A stretch of DNA of 64,000 bases from Candidatus Poribacteria bacterium (GTDB taxonomy: Bacteria; Poribacteria; WGA-4E; WGA-3G), in contig CBDBPM010000002.1 of the NCBI GenBank assembly GCA_965208735.1, forward strand, positions 3,382,444-3,446,443, given 5' to 3'. The translations under genes and the position numbers were made by a program. A model generated the notes under the pieces. The model was given only the letters and a program-made list of their open reading frames with translations. It was not told the DNA's origin and did no database searches. This document shows, piece by piece, positions 1-9,305 of this stretch (its first letter is position 1; each line of letters starts with the position of its first letter).

Positions 1-494
1 TGCATTGCTTTCCCGTAGACCGTGTGCAAGACTTACTTGAGACCGATGTTTATACGACACCACAGGCATGGCAGGAAGGGATAACCAAAATGTGCGGAAA
101 AATACGAACCTATATCTTTCCGCTGCTCACTCGCCGACAGCAAGAGGAACTTAGCACCTATTTCGAGCAGGTGATGGCCAACCCGTCTATCTTTTGTTTT
201 GCCCCCGTACTTATTCACCAAGACTTTTATTCTCACAACATTTTAGTCGATGTCAATAGGGAAACCGTCACTGGAATTATTGATTGGGGAAGTTGCACGA
301 TTGGTGACCCGGCAGAGGATGTTGGTGATTTGGTTGCTTATTACGATGGTGTTATTGACGATGGCTGGCGTTCTCGCTGCGCTTTTTACCGTCGTACTGC
401 CCCATTTCCAGATTTACTCTATGTTCTCGAACACAACCAACATGAAAAAGTAGCGTCAATCGTGGACAAGATTAACGCATTATGGACACCATGA
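1..494 (+). CDS. APH/choline-kinase-type phosphotransferase, C-terminal part (5' end outside window)
   Basis: ORF is open to the window edge. Catalytic loop LIHQDFYSHNILVD (HxDxxxxN) and IIDWGSCTIGDPAEDV match the aminoglycoside phosphotransferase-like kinase fold. Confidence 0.75.
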   Translation, partial: HCFPVDRVQDLLETDVYTTPQAWQEGITKMCGKIRTYIFPLLTRRQQEELSTYFEQVMANPSIFCFAPVLIHQDFYSHNILVDVNRETVTGIIDWGSCTIGDPAEDVGDLVAYYDGVIDDGWRSRCAFYRRTAPFPDLLYVLEHNQHEKVASIVDKINALWTP

Positions 495-586
495 GTCAGA
501 GCATACGATTTCAATAGTCCGGACTGAAGATAAAACCTTTGCATTTATTTTTAGAACACAATTAACCTAACACATGGAGAATAGAT

Positions 587-1273
587 ATGACACTCATTTC
601 AATTCATGATGCGGCAGCCAACGGGGATCTCGATGCCGTAAAAAAAATCGTTGAACAGGACCCCCGTCTGGTCAACCAGGACGACAAATATGAATGGCGC
701 CCTATATTTCATGCCGGACTAAGACGGCACTATGATGTTGTTAAATACCTAATAGACTGTGGTGCTGATTTGGCAGCGCATGACGGTTATGCGATTCACT
801 ATGCTGGAGAAGTACCAGACAATAAGGAAGTCGTATCATTACTCATTGCGTATGGCGGTTTGGATGCGCATGCCGAACCATCGAGCGAAGCCGCGCGCCA
901 GTTTATATACGCCGTTTTCTTAGCCAATGTGCAGCGAGTCAATGCAATGCTCCGGGACAACTCAACGTTAGTGCACGAGCGTTACGCCCGTGGCGATACA
1001 GCCTTGCACCATGCTGCTCGAAACGGGGACCAAGAAATTGTAGAACAGTTGGTCGGCAGTGGTGCAGATGTCAATGTAACATCGGATCACGCGCATTTTC
1101 CGCTGTACTGCGCAGCCGGTCACGGACATGTAGAAACGACGCAGTATCTCGTGGAACATGGCGCGGATTTACAAGCCAGACTTGCGGATGGCAAAACGGT
1201 CGTTGAGTGGCTAAAACAGTATGCCGATCATGACAGTCGCTTTAAATCTTGTCTCGATGTATTGGAGAGATAA
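587..1273 (+). CDS. ankyrin repeat protein
   Basis: Several ankyrin units, e.g. GDTALHHAARNGDQEIVEQLVGSGADVN and FPLYCAAGHGHVETTQYLVEHGADL. GGAGAA RBS lies upstream of the ATG. Confidence 0.85.
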   Translation: MTLISIHDAAANGDLDAVKKIVEQDPRLVNQDDKYEWRPIFHAGLRRHYDVVKYLIDCGADLAAHDGYAIHYAGEVPDNKEVVSLLIAYGGLDAHAEPSSEAARQFIYAVFLANVQRVNAMLRDNSTLVHERYARGDTALHHAARNGDQEIVEQLVGSGADVNVTSDHAHFPLYCAAGHGHVETTQYLVEHGADLQARLADGKTVVEWLKQYADHDSRFKSCLDVLER

Positions 1274-1340
1274 TGTCTCAAATGCTGCACGACGATCGCG
1301 CCAACGGTATGTTTTCATGAGCAAAATAAGGAAAGCCCCA

Positions 1341-1829
1341 ATGAAGGTTCAGATCGCGACACGCGCCGATATTCCGAGTTGGCTTGAATTGGCATCACAG
1401 GTTGAGTTTCTCTTCGGACCGATGGTTGACCAGCCTGATTTTCAGAGCGCACTACGCAAAAACATAGATCGGGAAAGCGCCTACTGTGTTCGAGAACAAA
1501 ATAGGTCAGCCGGAGCACCGTTGATGGGAGGTCTGTTTCTATCCGTCAGACCGTCTGAATACCATATTCGCTGGCTGTCCGTGGCTGAACAATGGCGTCG
1601 CAGGAGTGTCGGCACAATTCTCTTAGAGCACGTATTTGATTTGATTAGACCACCTGCCGAGTTGTTTGTCACAACATTCGGCGAGGATAATCTTGAAGGG
1701 CAGCCAGCGCGTCAATTCTACAAAAAGATGGGTTTTGAATTTTTAGCAGAGGCACCTCCAGGACCGGAAGGCGGATCCAGAGAGATCTTTCGAAAATCCT
1801 TCCTGTCAGATCCTGTTCACTCCATTTGA
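1341..1829 (+). CDS. GNAT family N-acetyltransferase
   Basis: Acetyl-CoA binding motif WRRRSVGTILLEHV (R/QxxGxG/A). Start moved from ORF-track 1221, which overlaps the ankyrin gene, to ATG 1341 preceded by AAGGAAA. Confidence 0.7.
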   Translation: MKVQIATRADIPSWLELASQVEFLFGPMVDQPDFQSALRKNIDRESAYCVREQNRSAGAPLMGGLFLSVRPSEYHIRWLSVAEQWRRRSVGTILLEHVFDLIRPPAELFVTTFGEDNLEGQPARQFYKKMGFEFLAEAPPGPEGGSREIFRKSFLSDPVHSI

Positions 1830-1920
1830 GTCAAAATTGCCTGTTTATTGGATCCAACTTCCAATAGCATCTACTTCAAACTGGTATTTGATTTCCTAAC
1901 TTCAGGGCAGAAGGAAAATC

Positions 1921-2937
1921 ATGATTTCAAAGTACATTGACAAAATCAAAGGTGGCAGATCTCTTCAATCCGATGAGGCTGAACAATGTTTGAATACGAT
2001 ACTCAAAAAAGATGTGCCGGACGGACAGATAGCAGAACTGCTGATAGTGCTCTCTGAAAAGGGCGAAAGTGCTGATGAGATTCTTGGGTTTTCAAGGGCA
2101 TTGTTGGCGAGGTCGAAACCTGTTCCTCTAACTTTCAATGCCATTGATTCGTGTGGTACAGGTGGTAGCGGTTTGAATCGATTCAACGTATCCACGACCG
2201 CTGCGTTTGTGTTGTCTGCGGGTGGTGTTCCAGTTATCAAACATGGGAATAAAGGTTCAAAGCGACCGAATGGAAGTTTTGATTTGCTCGAAGAACTTGG
2301 CTGTGAATTCGATTTTGAAGACGACCTGTTAACGGACATTTTTGCCAAAACGAATGTCTGTTTTCTCTTTGCGCGTACATACCATCCTGTCATGAAAAAG
2401 GTTGTGACTGCGAGGCAAATGGCTGACAGGAGAACCATTTTTAATCTCAGTGCTCCGTTATGCAATCCAGCAAATCCGCAGTATCAAATCCTCGGGACAA
2501 TTGATGTAGAGATGGGCAGACAGTTGGCAGAAGTACTCCGCCAACTTGGACGGACGCGGTTCTTAATTGTTATCGGTGAATCTGGAATTGATGAAATTTC
2601 AATCTCTGGACCCACGCATATATTTGAAGTCGTTGGAGATATAACCAAAGAATATAAAATTACACCCTCGGAATTCGGAATTACTGAGTGGGACTACAGC
2701 ACAATTCCCGGAGGTGATAGTGACGAGAATGCAGAGATATTCCTATCTCTTCTACAGAACCAGACTCCCGAACCAATCTTGGACCTCGTCTGTTTGAATG
2801 CTGGTGCAGCCTTCTACTGTTTTGGACGGACAGACTCTATTAAGGAAGGCTTTGATCTGAGCAAAAGTCTTTTCGCTAAAGGTTTGGTTGAAGAAAAATT
2901 CTTTGCGTATAAGCGTTTATCCAGTGGGACAGATTAA
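1921..2937 (+). CDS. anthranilate phosphoribosyltransferase-like protein (glycosyl transferase family 3), divergent motifs
   Basis: DSCGTGGSGLNRFNVSTTAAFVLSAGGVPVIKHGNKGSKRPNGSFDLLEELG aligns with the TrpD GTGGD...KHGNR...SGSADxLE core but carries substitutions. No other trp genes are nearby. Confidence 0.6.
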   Translation: MISKYIDKIKGGRSLQSDEAEQCLNTILKKDVPDGQIAELLIVLSEKGESADEILGFSRALLARSKPVPLTFNAIDSCGTGGSGLNRFNVSTTAAFVLSAGGVPVIKHGNKGSKRPNGSFDLLEELGCEFDFEDDLLTDIFAKTNVCFLFARTYHPVMKKVVTARQMADRRTIFNLSAPLCNPANPQYQILGTIDVEMGRQLAEVLRQLGRTRFLIVIGESGIDEISISGPTHIFEVVGDITKEYKITPSEFGITEWDYSTIPGGDSDENAEIFLSLLQNQTPEPILDLVCLNAGAAFYCFGRTDSIKEGFDLSKSLFAKGLVEEKFFAYKRLSSGTD

Positions 2938-2940
2938 AAC

Positions 2941-3735
2941 ATGGAAACTACCAGACCACGACAATACTGGGACGATTACGCATCTCGATTCAAGAATCGA
3001 AGTTTGGCAGAAACTTATGAGTTACGACCTCCGTATCCAGAGGAGACATATCAAATACTTCTCAATTTGCTGGGAGAATCACGAGGAAAAGTTCTGGATG
3101 TTGGATGTGGTCCAGGAAAAATAGCACGGTCACTTGTCGATCATGTAGATGGTGTTGATGCGGTTGACTTCTCGCAGGAAATGATCCGAGTGGGGAAATC
3201 ACTTATCAACGGCAACCACCCCAACCTCCGGTGGATCAGTGGAGCCGTTGAGGAAGTGCAGCTATATCCCCCCTACGATATGGTGACGGCTGGTGCAAGT
3301 ATTCATTGGATGGAGTGGGATGTAGTCTTTCCGAGATTCAAGGAAGTGCTGACAGCAGATGGTTATCTCGTAATTATTGATGGGGATCGTCCTGTCAGAG
3401 CACCTTGGCATGATGCCGAGCTTTCACTGATCCATAAGTATTCCACCAATAGACACCACGAGCAGATTGATCTGATTCAAGAACTCGTGGATAGAGAACA
3501 TCTATATCTGATTGGAGATAAGCGGACAACGCCGGTGAGTTTCTCACAGTCGCTTACAGATTATGTTCAGTCTTTTCATTCCAGAGAAAGCATGTCCAAG
3601 GAGCACATGGGGGCGGAAAATGTTAGGACATTTGATGCCGAACTATCGGATATTTTATCTGATTATGTTGATGATGAAGGACTTCTCAGTTTCCCATTAG
3701 AAGCGAGGGTTACTTGGGGAAGACCACTAACATAG
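2941..3735 (+). CDS. class I SAM-dependent methyltransferase
   Basis: Motif I VLDVGCGPGKIA. Starts 3 nt after the stop of the upstream gene. Confidence 0.8.
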   Translation: METTRPRQYWDDYASRFKNRSLAETYELRPPYPEETYQILLNLLGESRGKVLDVGCGPGKIARSLVDHVDGVDAVDFSQEMIRVGKSLINGNHPNLRWISGAVEEVQLYPPYDMVTAGASIHWMEWDVVFPRFKEVLTADGYLVIIDGDRPVRAPWHDAELSLIHKYSTNRHHEQIDLIQELVDREHLYLIGDKRTTPVSFSQSLTDYVQSFHSRESMSKEHMGAENVRTFDAELSDILSDYVDDEGLLSFPLEARVTWGRPLT

Positions 3736-3764
3736 GACACAAGACTAAAAATCACACCGAATCA

Positions 3765-5891
3765 TTATCCATCGGTTTCTTCTGGAAGGCGGAAGTTCGG
3801 TCCGCCGTCGGTTGATTGGATGGTAAAACCGCTCCAACCCCACCATTTGTATTTCCCTTTTCCACGGGTATATATCACCTGTGTCAGATGTTCATCCGTA
3901 ATCGTGATAGTGTAACGTCTCTCAATCGTCTCATTCCCTGCCGGAATCTGCAACTGCTTAATCTGTTTCTCGGCACCCGCAATGAGGTTTATCTCTAACG
4001 GTTCAGATGCGCTTGCACTGAAATAGCATGTTATCTCGTATGTTCCGTTCGGAAGTGCCACTCGGAAAACGCCATCCTCCTGTCCCCAAATGCTATCTTC
4101 GTAGGGCTGCGAAACTTCGGATCCATTTTCAAAGACGTCCCGTTCTGATTCCGTTAGCCAGCCGTATCGCCCATCGGTATAGACCGTATCTGAATGGACA
4201 GCGATGTGTCCGAGTGCTGTCTGTCCATCGTCGGGTTGCATGTCAAAGGCGATGGTGGTTCCGCCGCCCCACATTTCGGAGTCCGGTGCTACGCGCTTAC
4301 GGCGATAGAGTCGGTTATAGTCGTTGGAATCAATGAGTTCATATTCTTCCTCCAAGCCAGCAACATCGCCATACTCCGTCCGCCAAATGATGGCATAATC
4401 AGCCGGCAATTCTTTTGCCTTGTATTGCTCTTTTTCCTTGTATTGCAGCGGAAAATGATCTGTATTTGCCTCATAGTTATCGAGGTAACCGATTCCCATG
4501 TGTGTTGCTAACAGACATTCAAGGTGCCCGAACGGTTCAACGTATTTGGGTTCAAAACCGAGCGAATCTGAAAAACCGCCCCATTCTCCGGGTTCACTCG
4601 TGAGAATTGTATCTTTTTCATCCATACCTTCCAGTGAGAGCGCGTTGGCGATGTCCCGATTGAGTAGCGCATACGTGTGGACATTATAGCCGAGATGCCA
4701 TAAGGATAGGACAATGATGACCCCTGCTACCCCGTAATTTATATAGCGATGCCCGTTGACAACGAAGAACGGAAGCAACACAAGGAATATGTACAGATGA
4801 AACCTGTCGTTTATCCAACCGCCGCTATAGCCTGACCATGGGGCTATGAAATACATCGCAGTGATGGCGATTGCCATGATCAGAAACCCATCCATTTGTG
4901 TCAAAACGCGTGTCCAGGTGCGTTCGCCAGTCTCTTTCCATTCCTCCGATTCACGGAATTGATGGCTCTGCCGGATTCTATTGATAACTGTGAGGACGAA
5001 GGCGATAGCAAAAAAGACTAACAATACCCGTCCGATGAGTACGTGATCATCCCGAAAAGAGACCAAGGATTTCATAGAGAAAAAGTAGTCATTCAGCCAT
5101 TCAAATCCCTTATGTTCACCATCACTCCCGTGAGCGTTGGAAAGATAGAAATAGTAGGAGAACAGGATAAAATAAGCAGGTACAAGCGCCCCTACAAAAG
5201 TCAGTGCAGGCTTGAGTTTCACTACGCCATCCTTGAAACGGTGCATCAGTGGCTCGGATGTCTCCTTATAACCCCATACCCCTTTCAGGACATCATAAAC
5301 CGATCCGTAGAGTGCAAAGAATGTCAGGGACATAATAAGCAAGGCGTAGGAGTGATAGTGTGTAAGATAGGTCACCAACAGCAGTATGTATATCACCACG
5401 ATGTTGATCAATCGGAGTTGATCCTTGACTCTCCACCAATAACCCAGAGTAAAGAAAAATAGAGACATACTGAGGACAAAGTTGTAGAACCCCATGTGGA
5501 GCAGGTAGTTGTAGGCATAGAGAAACCCAAGTAGTCCGAAGACCATGTTTCGTTTTGCGATACCGTTGAGGAAATAGAAGAGTGAGAGCGGTAAGAGACC
5601 GATGCAGAGGGTCAGCACGATCTTTTCGCAAACGAGCGGGGGAAAGATGTATAACAATAATAGTAGGAGTGCGTGGGATGTCCAGTTCGGAAAGACAGTG
5701 GCATTCAGGTCGTAGACTTCGCGTAACCGGTAATTTTCGTGATTGTGGTACTCCTTCACAACGTATGCGTTATAGATATGACTTGCCCCGTCCTGCGTTG
5801 GGAAATACTTGAAACCCCAGATCGGCAGAAGGTGTATCACCATCAGCGCAATAACCGTGACATATCCAACAGATAATAGACGTACTTTCAT
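3765..5891 (-). CDS. polytopic membrane protein with C-terminal malectin-like beta-sandwich domain
   Basis: About 450 aa of repeated hydrophobic helices, then a soluble tail with GRYGWL...GVFRVALPNGTYEITCYFSA (malectin/CBM-like GxYxVxLxF pattern). ATG 5891 preferred over TTG 5930. Confidence 0.55.
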   Translation of the reverse strand: MKVRLLSVGYVTVIALMVIHLLPIWGFKYFPTQDGASHIYNAYVVKEYHNHENYRLREVYDLNATVFPNWTSHALLLLLLYIFPPLVCEKIVLTLCIGLLPLSLFYFLNGIAKRNMVFGLLGFLYAYNYLLHMGFYNFVLSMSLFFFTLGYWWRVKDQLRLINIVVIYILLLVTYLTHYHSYALLIMSLTFFALYGSVYDVLKGVWGYKETSEPLMHRFKDGVVKLKPALTFVGALVPAYFILFSYYFYLSNAHGSDGEHKGFEWLNDYFFSMKSLVSFRDDHVLIGRVLLVFFAIAFVLTVINRIRQSHQFRESEEWKETGERTWTRVLTQMDGFLIMAIAITAMYFIAPWSGYSGGWINDRFHLYIFLVLLPFFVVNGHRYINYGVAGVIIVLSLWHLGYNVHTYALLNRDIANALSLEGMDEKDTILTSEPGEWGGFSDSLGFEPKYVEPFGHLECLLATHMGIGYLDNYEANTDHFPLQYKEKEQYKAKELPADYAIIWRTEYGDVAGLEEEYELIDSNDYNRLYRRKRVAPDSEMWGGGTTIAFDMQPDDGQTALGHIAVHSDTVYTDGRYGWLTESERDVFENGSEVSQPYEDSIWGQEDGVFRVALPNGTYEITCYFSASASEPLEINLIAGAEKQIKQLQIPAGNETIERRYTITITDEHLTQVIYTRGKGKYKWWGWSGFTIQSTDGGPNFRLPEETDG

Positions 5892-5974
5892 GACCCTTTT
5901 GACCTCATCAGTGTCTGTTTGTCTTTCCAACCCGACTCAATCTTTATTCTAATGGATTTTCGTTTTTGTTTCAA

Positions 5975-6010
5975 CATCTAACTGACAACCGAAAACCGAA
6001 AACTAAACCG
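5975..6010. repeat. partial copy (right-arm-like) of the intergenic palindromic element family
   Basis: CTAACTGACAACCGAAAACCGAAAAC resembles right arms AACTGATAACCGAAAACCAT (40161) and AACTGAAAACCAT (53277). Confidence 0.35.
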
Positions 6011-6206
6011 CTATATTGAATTTGCTATCTATCCCAAATTGTGATAAACTATGGCATTAGAACAGAGATCTGATACTTGAGTCTATGGTGGATTAGGAAA
6101 AAAAATAGGCATTTCAGTGAACAGTCAGGGTAAAACGCTGCGTCGTCGCTGGCGAGGTTTTCCAACCTCGACTCTACACATTGTAACAGACAAGATTTCT
6201 GCGATA

Positions 6207-6803
6207 ATGAGGAGTTGCGTGAAAATTCCAAGCATCCGTATCATCGGTGATAATTCACAGGCTGGAACATACATCTTGCGAGTCTGTCTTAAAGAAAACA
6301 CGACATTACAATTCGGACGGTTCAAAAAAGGTAAATTGATTTCATTGCCTGCTGGAGACTACACTTATGTCGGTTCTGCACTTTCAGAAAAGGGAGCGAC
6401 TTCGCTGGCGCGACGGCTCATTCGGCACGCAACGCGGAGTGGTGATAAACCACCACATGCCATTCGAGAAAAGATGATGAACCAATTCGTCGAATGCGGT
6501 TTGGGAAGCGGAAATCTATTGCTAAGACAAGGAAAAACCTTGCACTGGAACGTCGATTTTCTCTTGGATTTGCAATCGGCGGAAATTGTAAATATCCTTG
6601 CTATCCGTTCTCCAGAACGTTTGGAAAATAGAGTCGCTAAATGGATTGAACGCGATCCACAGACAGAAATTATTGAGGCCGGTTTAGGCGCAAATGATAC
6701 TCCAAGTGCCACACACCTGTTACACGTCCAAGCAGGTGAGACGTGGTGGGCATCGCTCACTGACGATGTATTCTGGAGGAAAATGCTCAATATTGAGGGT
6801 TGA
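6207..6803 (+). CDS. DUF123-type GIY-YIG superfamily protein
   Basis: GDYTYVGSAL...LARRLIRHATRSG...GKTLHWNVDFLL matches the GxYxYVGSA...RxxRH...HWHIDYL pattern of DUF123. Start moved to ATG 6207. Confidence 0.55.
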   Translation: MRSCVKIPSIRIIGDNSQAGTYILRVCLKENTTLQFGRFKKGKLISLPAGDYTYVGSALSEKGATSLARRLIRHATRSGDKPPHAIREKMMNQFVECGLGSGNLLLRQGKTLHWNVDFLLDLQSAEIVNILAIRSPERLENRVAKWIERDPQTEIIEAGLGANDTPSATHLLHVQAGETWWASLTDDVFWRKMLNIEG

Positions 6804-6866
6804 AACAGGTTTTCAGATTTTTATATTATTTTTTTATTTTCAACTATAGCCACTTCCGAGGTAAAT

Positions 6867-7979
6867 ATGCACGATCCACGACTTGATAAACTTGCTGATG
6901 TACTAACAAATCATTCAACAAAAATCCAACAAGGCGAATTTGTACTCATTGAAGGTATTGACATTCCACAGGAGATGGTCATTGCCCTTATTCGATCGGT
7001 TCGGAACGCTGGTGGGATCCCGCTCGTTGAACTCAAACAAAACCGTATCCAACGTGAAATCATTCTTGGCGGAGACGATGCCGGCATAAAACTGATTGGC
7101 GAATACGAAACATATCGTATGAAAAAGGTACAGGCGTATATCGGCATACGCGGTAGCCACAACATTACAGAGATGTCTGATGTCCCATCGGAGGCAATGC
7201 AACGTTATCAAAAACATTGGTCGCGACCGCTCAACGATATCCGTGTACCACAGACAAAATGGGTTGTGCTACGATGGCCCCATCCGGCGATGGCACAGCA
7301 GGCGCAGATGAGCACGGAGGCGTTTGAGGATTACTATTTCGACGTTTGCACGCTCGACTACAGCCGAATGGAACGCGCCATGGTACCTCTCAAGTCCCTG
7401 ATGGAAGAAACCGATGAAGTCCGCATTGTCGGTGAGAATACCGATCTACGGTTCAGTATCAAGGATATACCGGTTATTCCGTGTGCAGGCGAGTGTAACA
7501 TCCCTGATGGCGAGTGCTTCACTGCCCCGGTGCGAGATTCAGTCAACGGAACGATCCATTTCAATACACCCACAATCTATCAAGGAACGACCTTTACGGA
7601 TATTCAACTCCGTTTTGAAGATGGTAAAATCGTTGAAGTAACAGCGAATAACACCGAAAGACTCAACGCTATTCTTGATACAGACGAAGGTGCGCGCTAT
7701 ATCGGCGAGTTTTCGATTGCATTCAACCCGTACATCACAAACCCGATGTTGGATATCCTGTTCGACGAGAAGATCGCAGGCTCTTTTCACTTCACACCCG
7801 GTCAGGCTTATGAGGAAGCAGACAACGGAAATCGATCCGCTGTCCATTGGGATATGGTGATGATCCAGACACCAGAACACGGTGGTGGAGAGATGTCCTT
7901 TGACGGGAATCTTATTCGGAAAGATGGACGATTTGTCCATCCGGAATTGGAAGCACTGAATCCGGAAAATTTGAAATGA
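6867..7979 (+). CDS. aminopeptidase, peptidase family M29 (AmpS/PepS-like)
   Basis: 370 aa. [34 protein letters not shown] and SAVHWDMV are typical of M29 thermophilic-type aminopeptidases. Confidence 0.8.
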   Translation: MHDPRLDKLADVLTNHSTKIQQGEFVLIEGIDIPQEMVIALIRSVRNAGGIPLVELKQNRIQREIILGGDDAGIKLIGEYETYRMKKVQAYIGIRGSHNITEMSDVPSEAMQRYQKHWSRPLNDIRVPQTKWVVLRWPHPAMAQQAQMSTEAFEDYYFDVCTLDYSRMERAMVPLKSLMEETDEVRIVGENTDLRFSIKDIPVIPCAGECNIPDGECFTAPVRDSVNGTIHFNTPTIYQGTTFTDIQLRFEDGKIVEVTANNTERLNAILDTDEGARYIGEFSIAFNPYITNPMLDILFDEKIAGSFHFTPGQAYEEADNGNRSAVHWDMVMIQTPEHGGGEMSFDGNLIRKDGRFVHPELEALNPENLK

Positions 7980-8461
7980 GTAGAGAACAGCATCGAGTCC
8001 ATGGTGATCCGCAGCGATTTGAAGTCGTCGCAGATTTCATTGCCGCACAATACGGCAATACAATTCACTGTATTGCCGATGTTGCTGGCGGGAAGGGGAT
8101 ATTAACACGTCTCCTCACGAAAAAGAAAAACTTTGCCTGCGAACTCATTGATCCGCGCCGCACAGTCCTGAAAGGTATTGATCATCGTCCTGAGCAGTTT
8201 GAACCCGATATGGCGGATTATTATGATCTCTTGGTCGGACTCCATCCAGATGGTGCATTGCGTCAATTGGGAGAGGCAGCCCTCGTTCGGCCCGCCGTGA
8301 TAATTCCTTGCTGCAACTTCTGGGATGAACAGCGTCGTGGACAGTACGAGTTGTTGACGGCAATTGAAGAGTTCTATCGGCAACATTCGATCCGATTTGA
8401 GCGAATTGCGCTCGACTTCAAGGGACCGAAGAATATCGCTATCGTCTCCCAACCCACTTGA
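7976..8461 (+). CDS. small hypothetical protein, methyltransferase-like nucleotide-binding motif
   Basis: [15 protein letters not shown] is a glycine-rich motif. The ATGA overlap with the aminopeptidase stop implies translational coupling. Confidence 0.45.
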   Translation: MSREQHRVHGDPQRFEVVADFIAAQYGNTIHCIADVAGGKGILTRLLTKKKNFACELIDPRRTVLKGIDHRPEQFEPDMADYYDLLVGLHPDGALRQLGEAALVRPAVIIPCCNFWDEQRRGQYELLTAIEEFYRQHSIRFERIALDFKGPKNIAIVSQPT

Positions 8462-8511
8462 ACCTTGAAGCAGATGCTGATGCCACTGTTCTTGTAGCTG
8501 CAATTTAATTT

Positions 8512-9117
8512 ATGAGAAAATGGATTCTCACCGCAATCGGAACCATCCTTTCACTCGCATTGGGATACCTCTTTCTTGAGGGAAGTCGCTATAGCCAATT
8601 GATCGGTTATTTCGGGTATATGAGTGTTGCCTGCACGCTAATCCCGTTGCCGACACCGCCGTATGTCATTGCCCTTGGGAAGGTCTATGATCCGATCATC
8701 GTTGGTCTCGCTGGAGCGATTGGAAATTGTATTGCCGCGTTTGTGGAATATCACTTGCTGCTTTGGATTTTTTCAAAAACTGAACTCCAGCAGCACGTCG
8801 AAACCAACCGTATCTTCCAACGATTTTCCTACTATTTTGGTCGCATGGCGTTCGTGTGCTTAGTTTTTACCGGGTTCACACCAATCCCCTTTGAACCTTT
8901 TCGATTCGCCGCGATTCTGATACGCTATAATCTTCCCTTGTATCTCTTAGCAGTTTTACTCGGACGTTTCCCGCGTTATTATCTTATGGCTCTTATCGGA
9001 GATCAATTCCAGATCCCAACGCGCTACCTAATCATCCTTCTCATTGTTTCGCTCGTTATTCCTATAATTGGGATGTTGATCAAGCGTTACTCATCAGACA
9101 ACGATGAGGAAATCTAA
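8512..9117 (+). CDS. VTT/DedA(YqaA)-like integral membrane protein
   Basis: About 5 hydrophobic helices. LIPLPTPPYVIALG resembles the VTT-domain re-entrant loop motif. Confidence 0.5.
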   Translation: MRKWILTAIGTILSLALGYLFLEGSRYSQLIGYFGYMSVACTLIPLPTPPYVIALGKVYDPIIVGLAGAIGNCIAAFVEYHLLLWIFSKTELQQHVETNRIFQRFSYYFGRMAFVCLVFTGFTPIPFEPFRFAAILIRYNLPLYLLAVLLGRFPRYYLMALIGDQFQIPTRYLIILLIVSLVIPIIGMLIKRYSSDNDEEI

Positions 9118-9159
9118 TGAGAAGAAAACCAATGGAGTGTCCATACACTTTTGTTTAAC

Positions 9160-9295
9160 GCTCTTTGCTGATCGCTGACTGCTTCTGTTGATTTCCTTGT
9201 TGCCGTTTTCTTGTCAGTCGGTTATACTTAACCTGAGTTTGATATAAAATCTAAGTTGGACATGGATTTCCGGCCCTACCGGACTAAGAACTGAA
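9160..9295. repeat. possible degenerate copy of the intergenic element family
   Basis: CTTGTCAGTCGGTTATACTTAACCTGAG and a terminal AACTGAAAAGG resemble the arm words of the family. It fills the spacer upstream of the sulfatase gene. Confidence 0.25.
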
Positions 9296-9305
9296 AAGGA
9301 ATAAT

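Noticed and set aside
1221-1340. N-terminal extensions proposed by the longest-ORF track. Also at 5892-5930, 6117-6206, 22259-22300, 23212-23316, 25444-25497, 27966-28010, 33162-33221, 37825-37875, 42013-42168, 46304-46345 and 54622-54699.
   Set aside because: The extensions overlap upstream genes or repeat elements and lack RBSs. Internal starts have AGGAG-like RBSs and give canonical N-termini such as signal peptides or Rossmann motifs.
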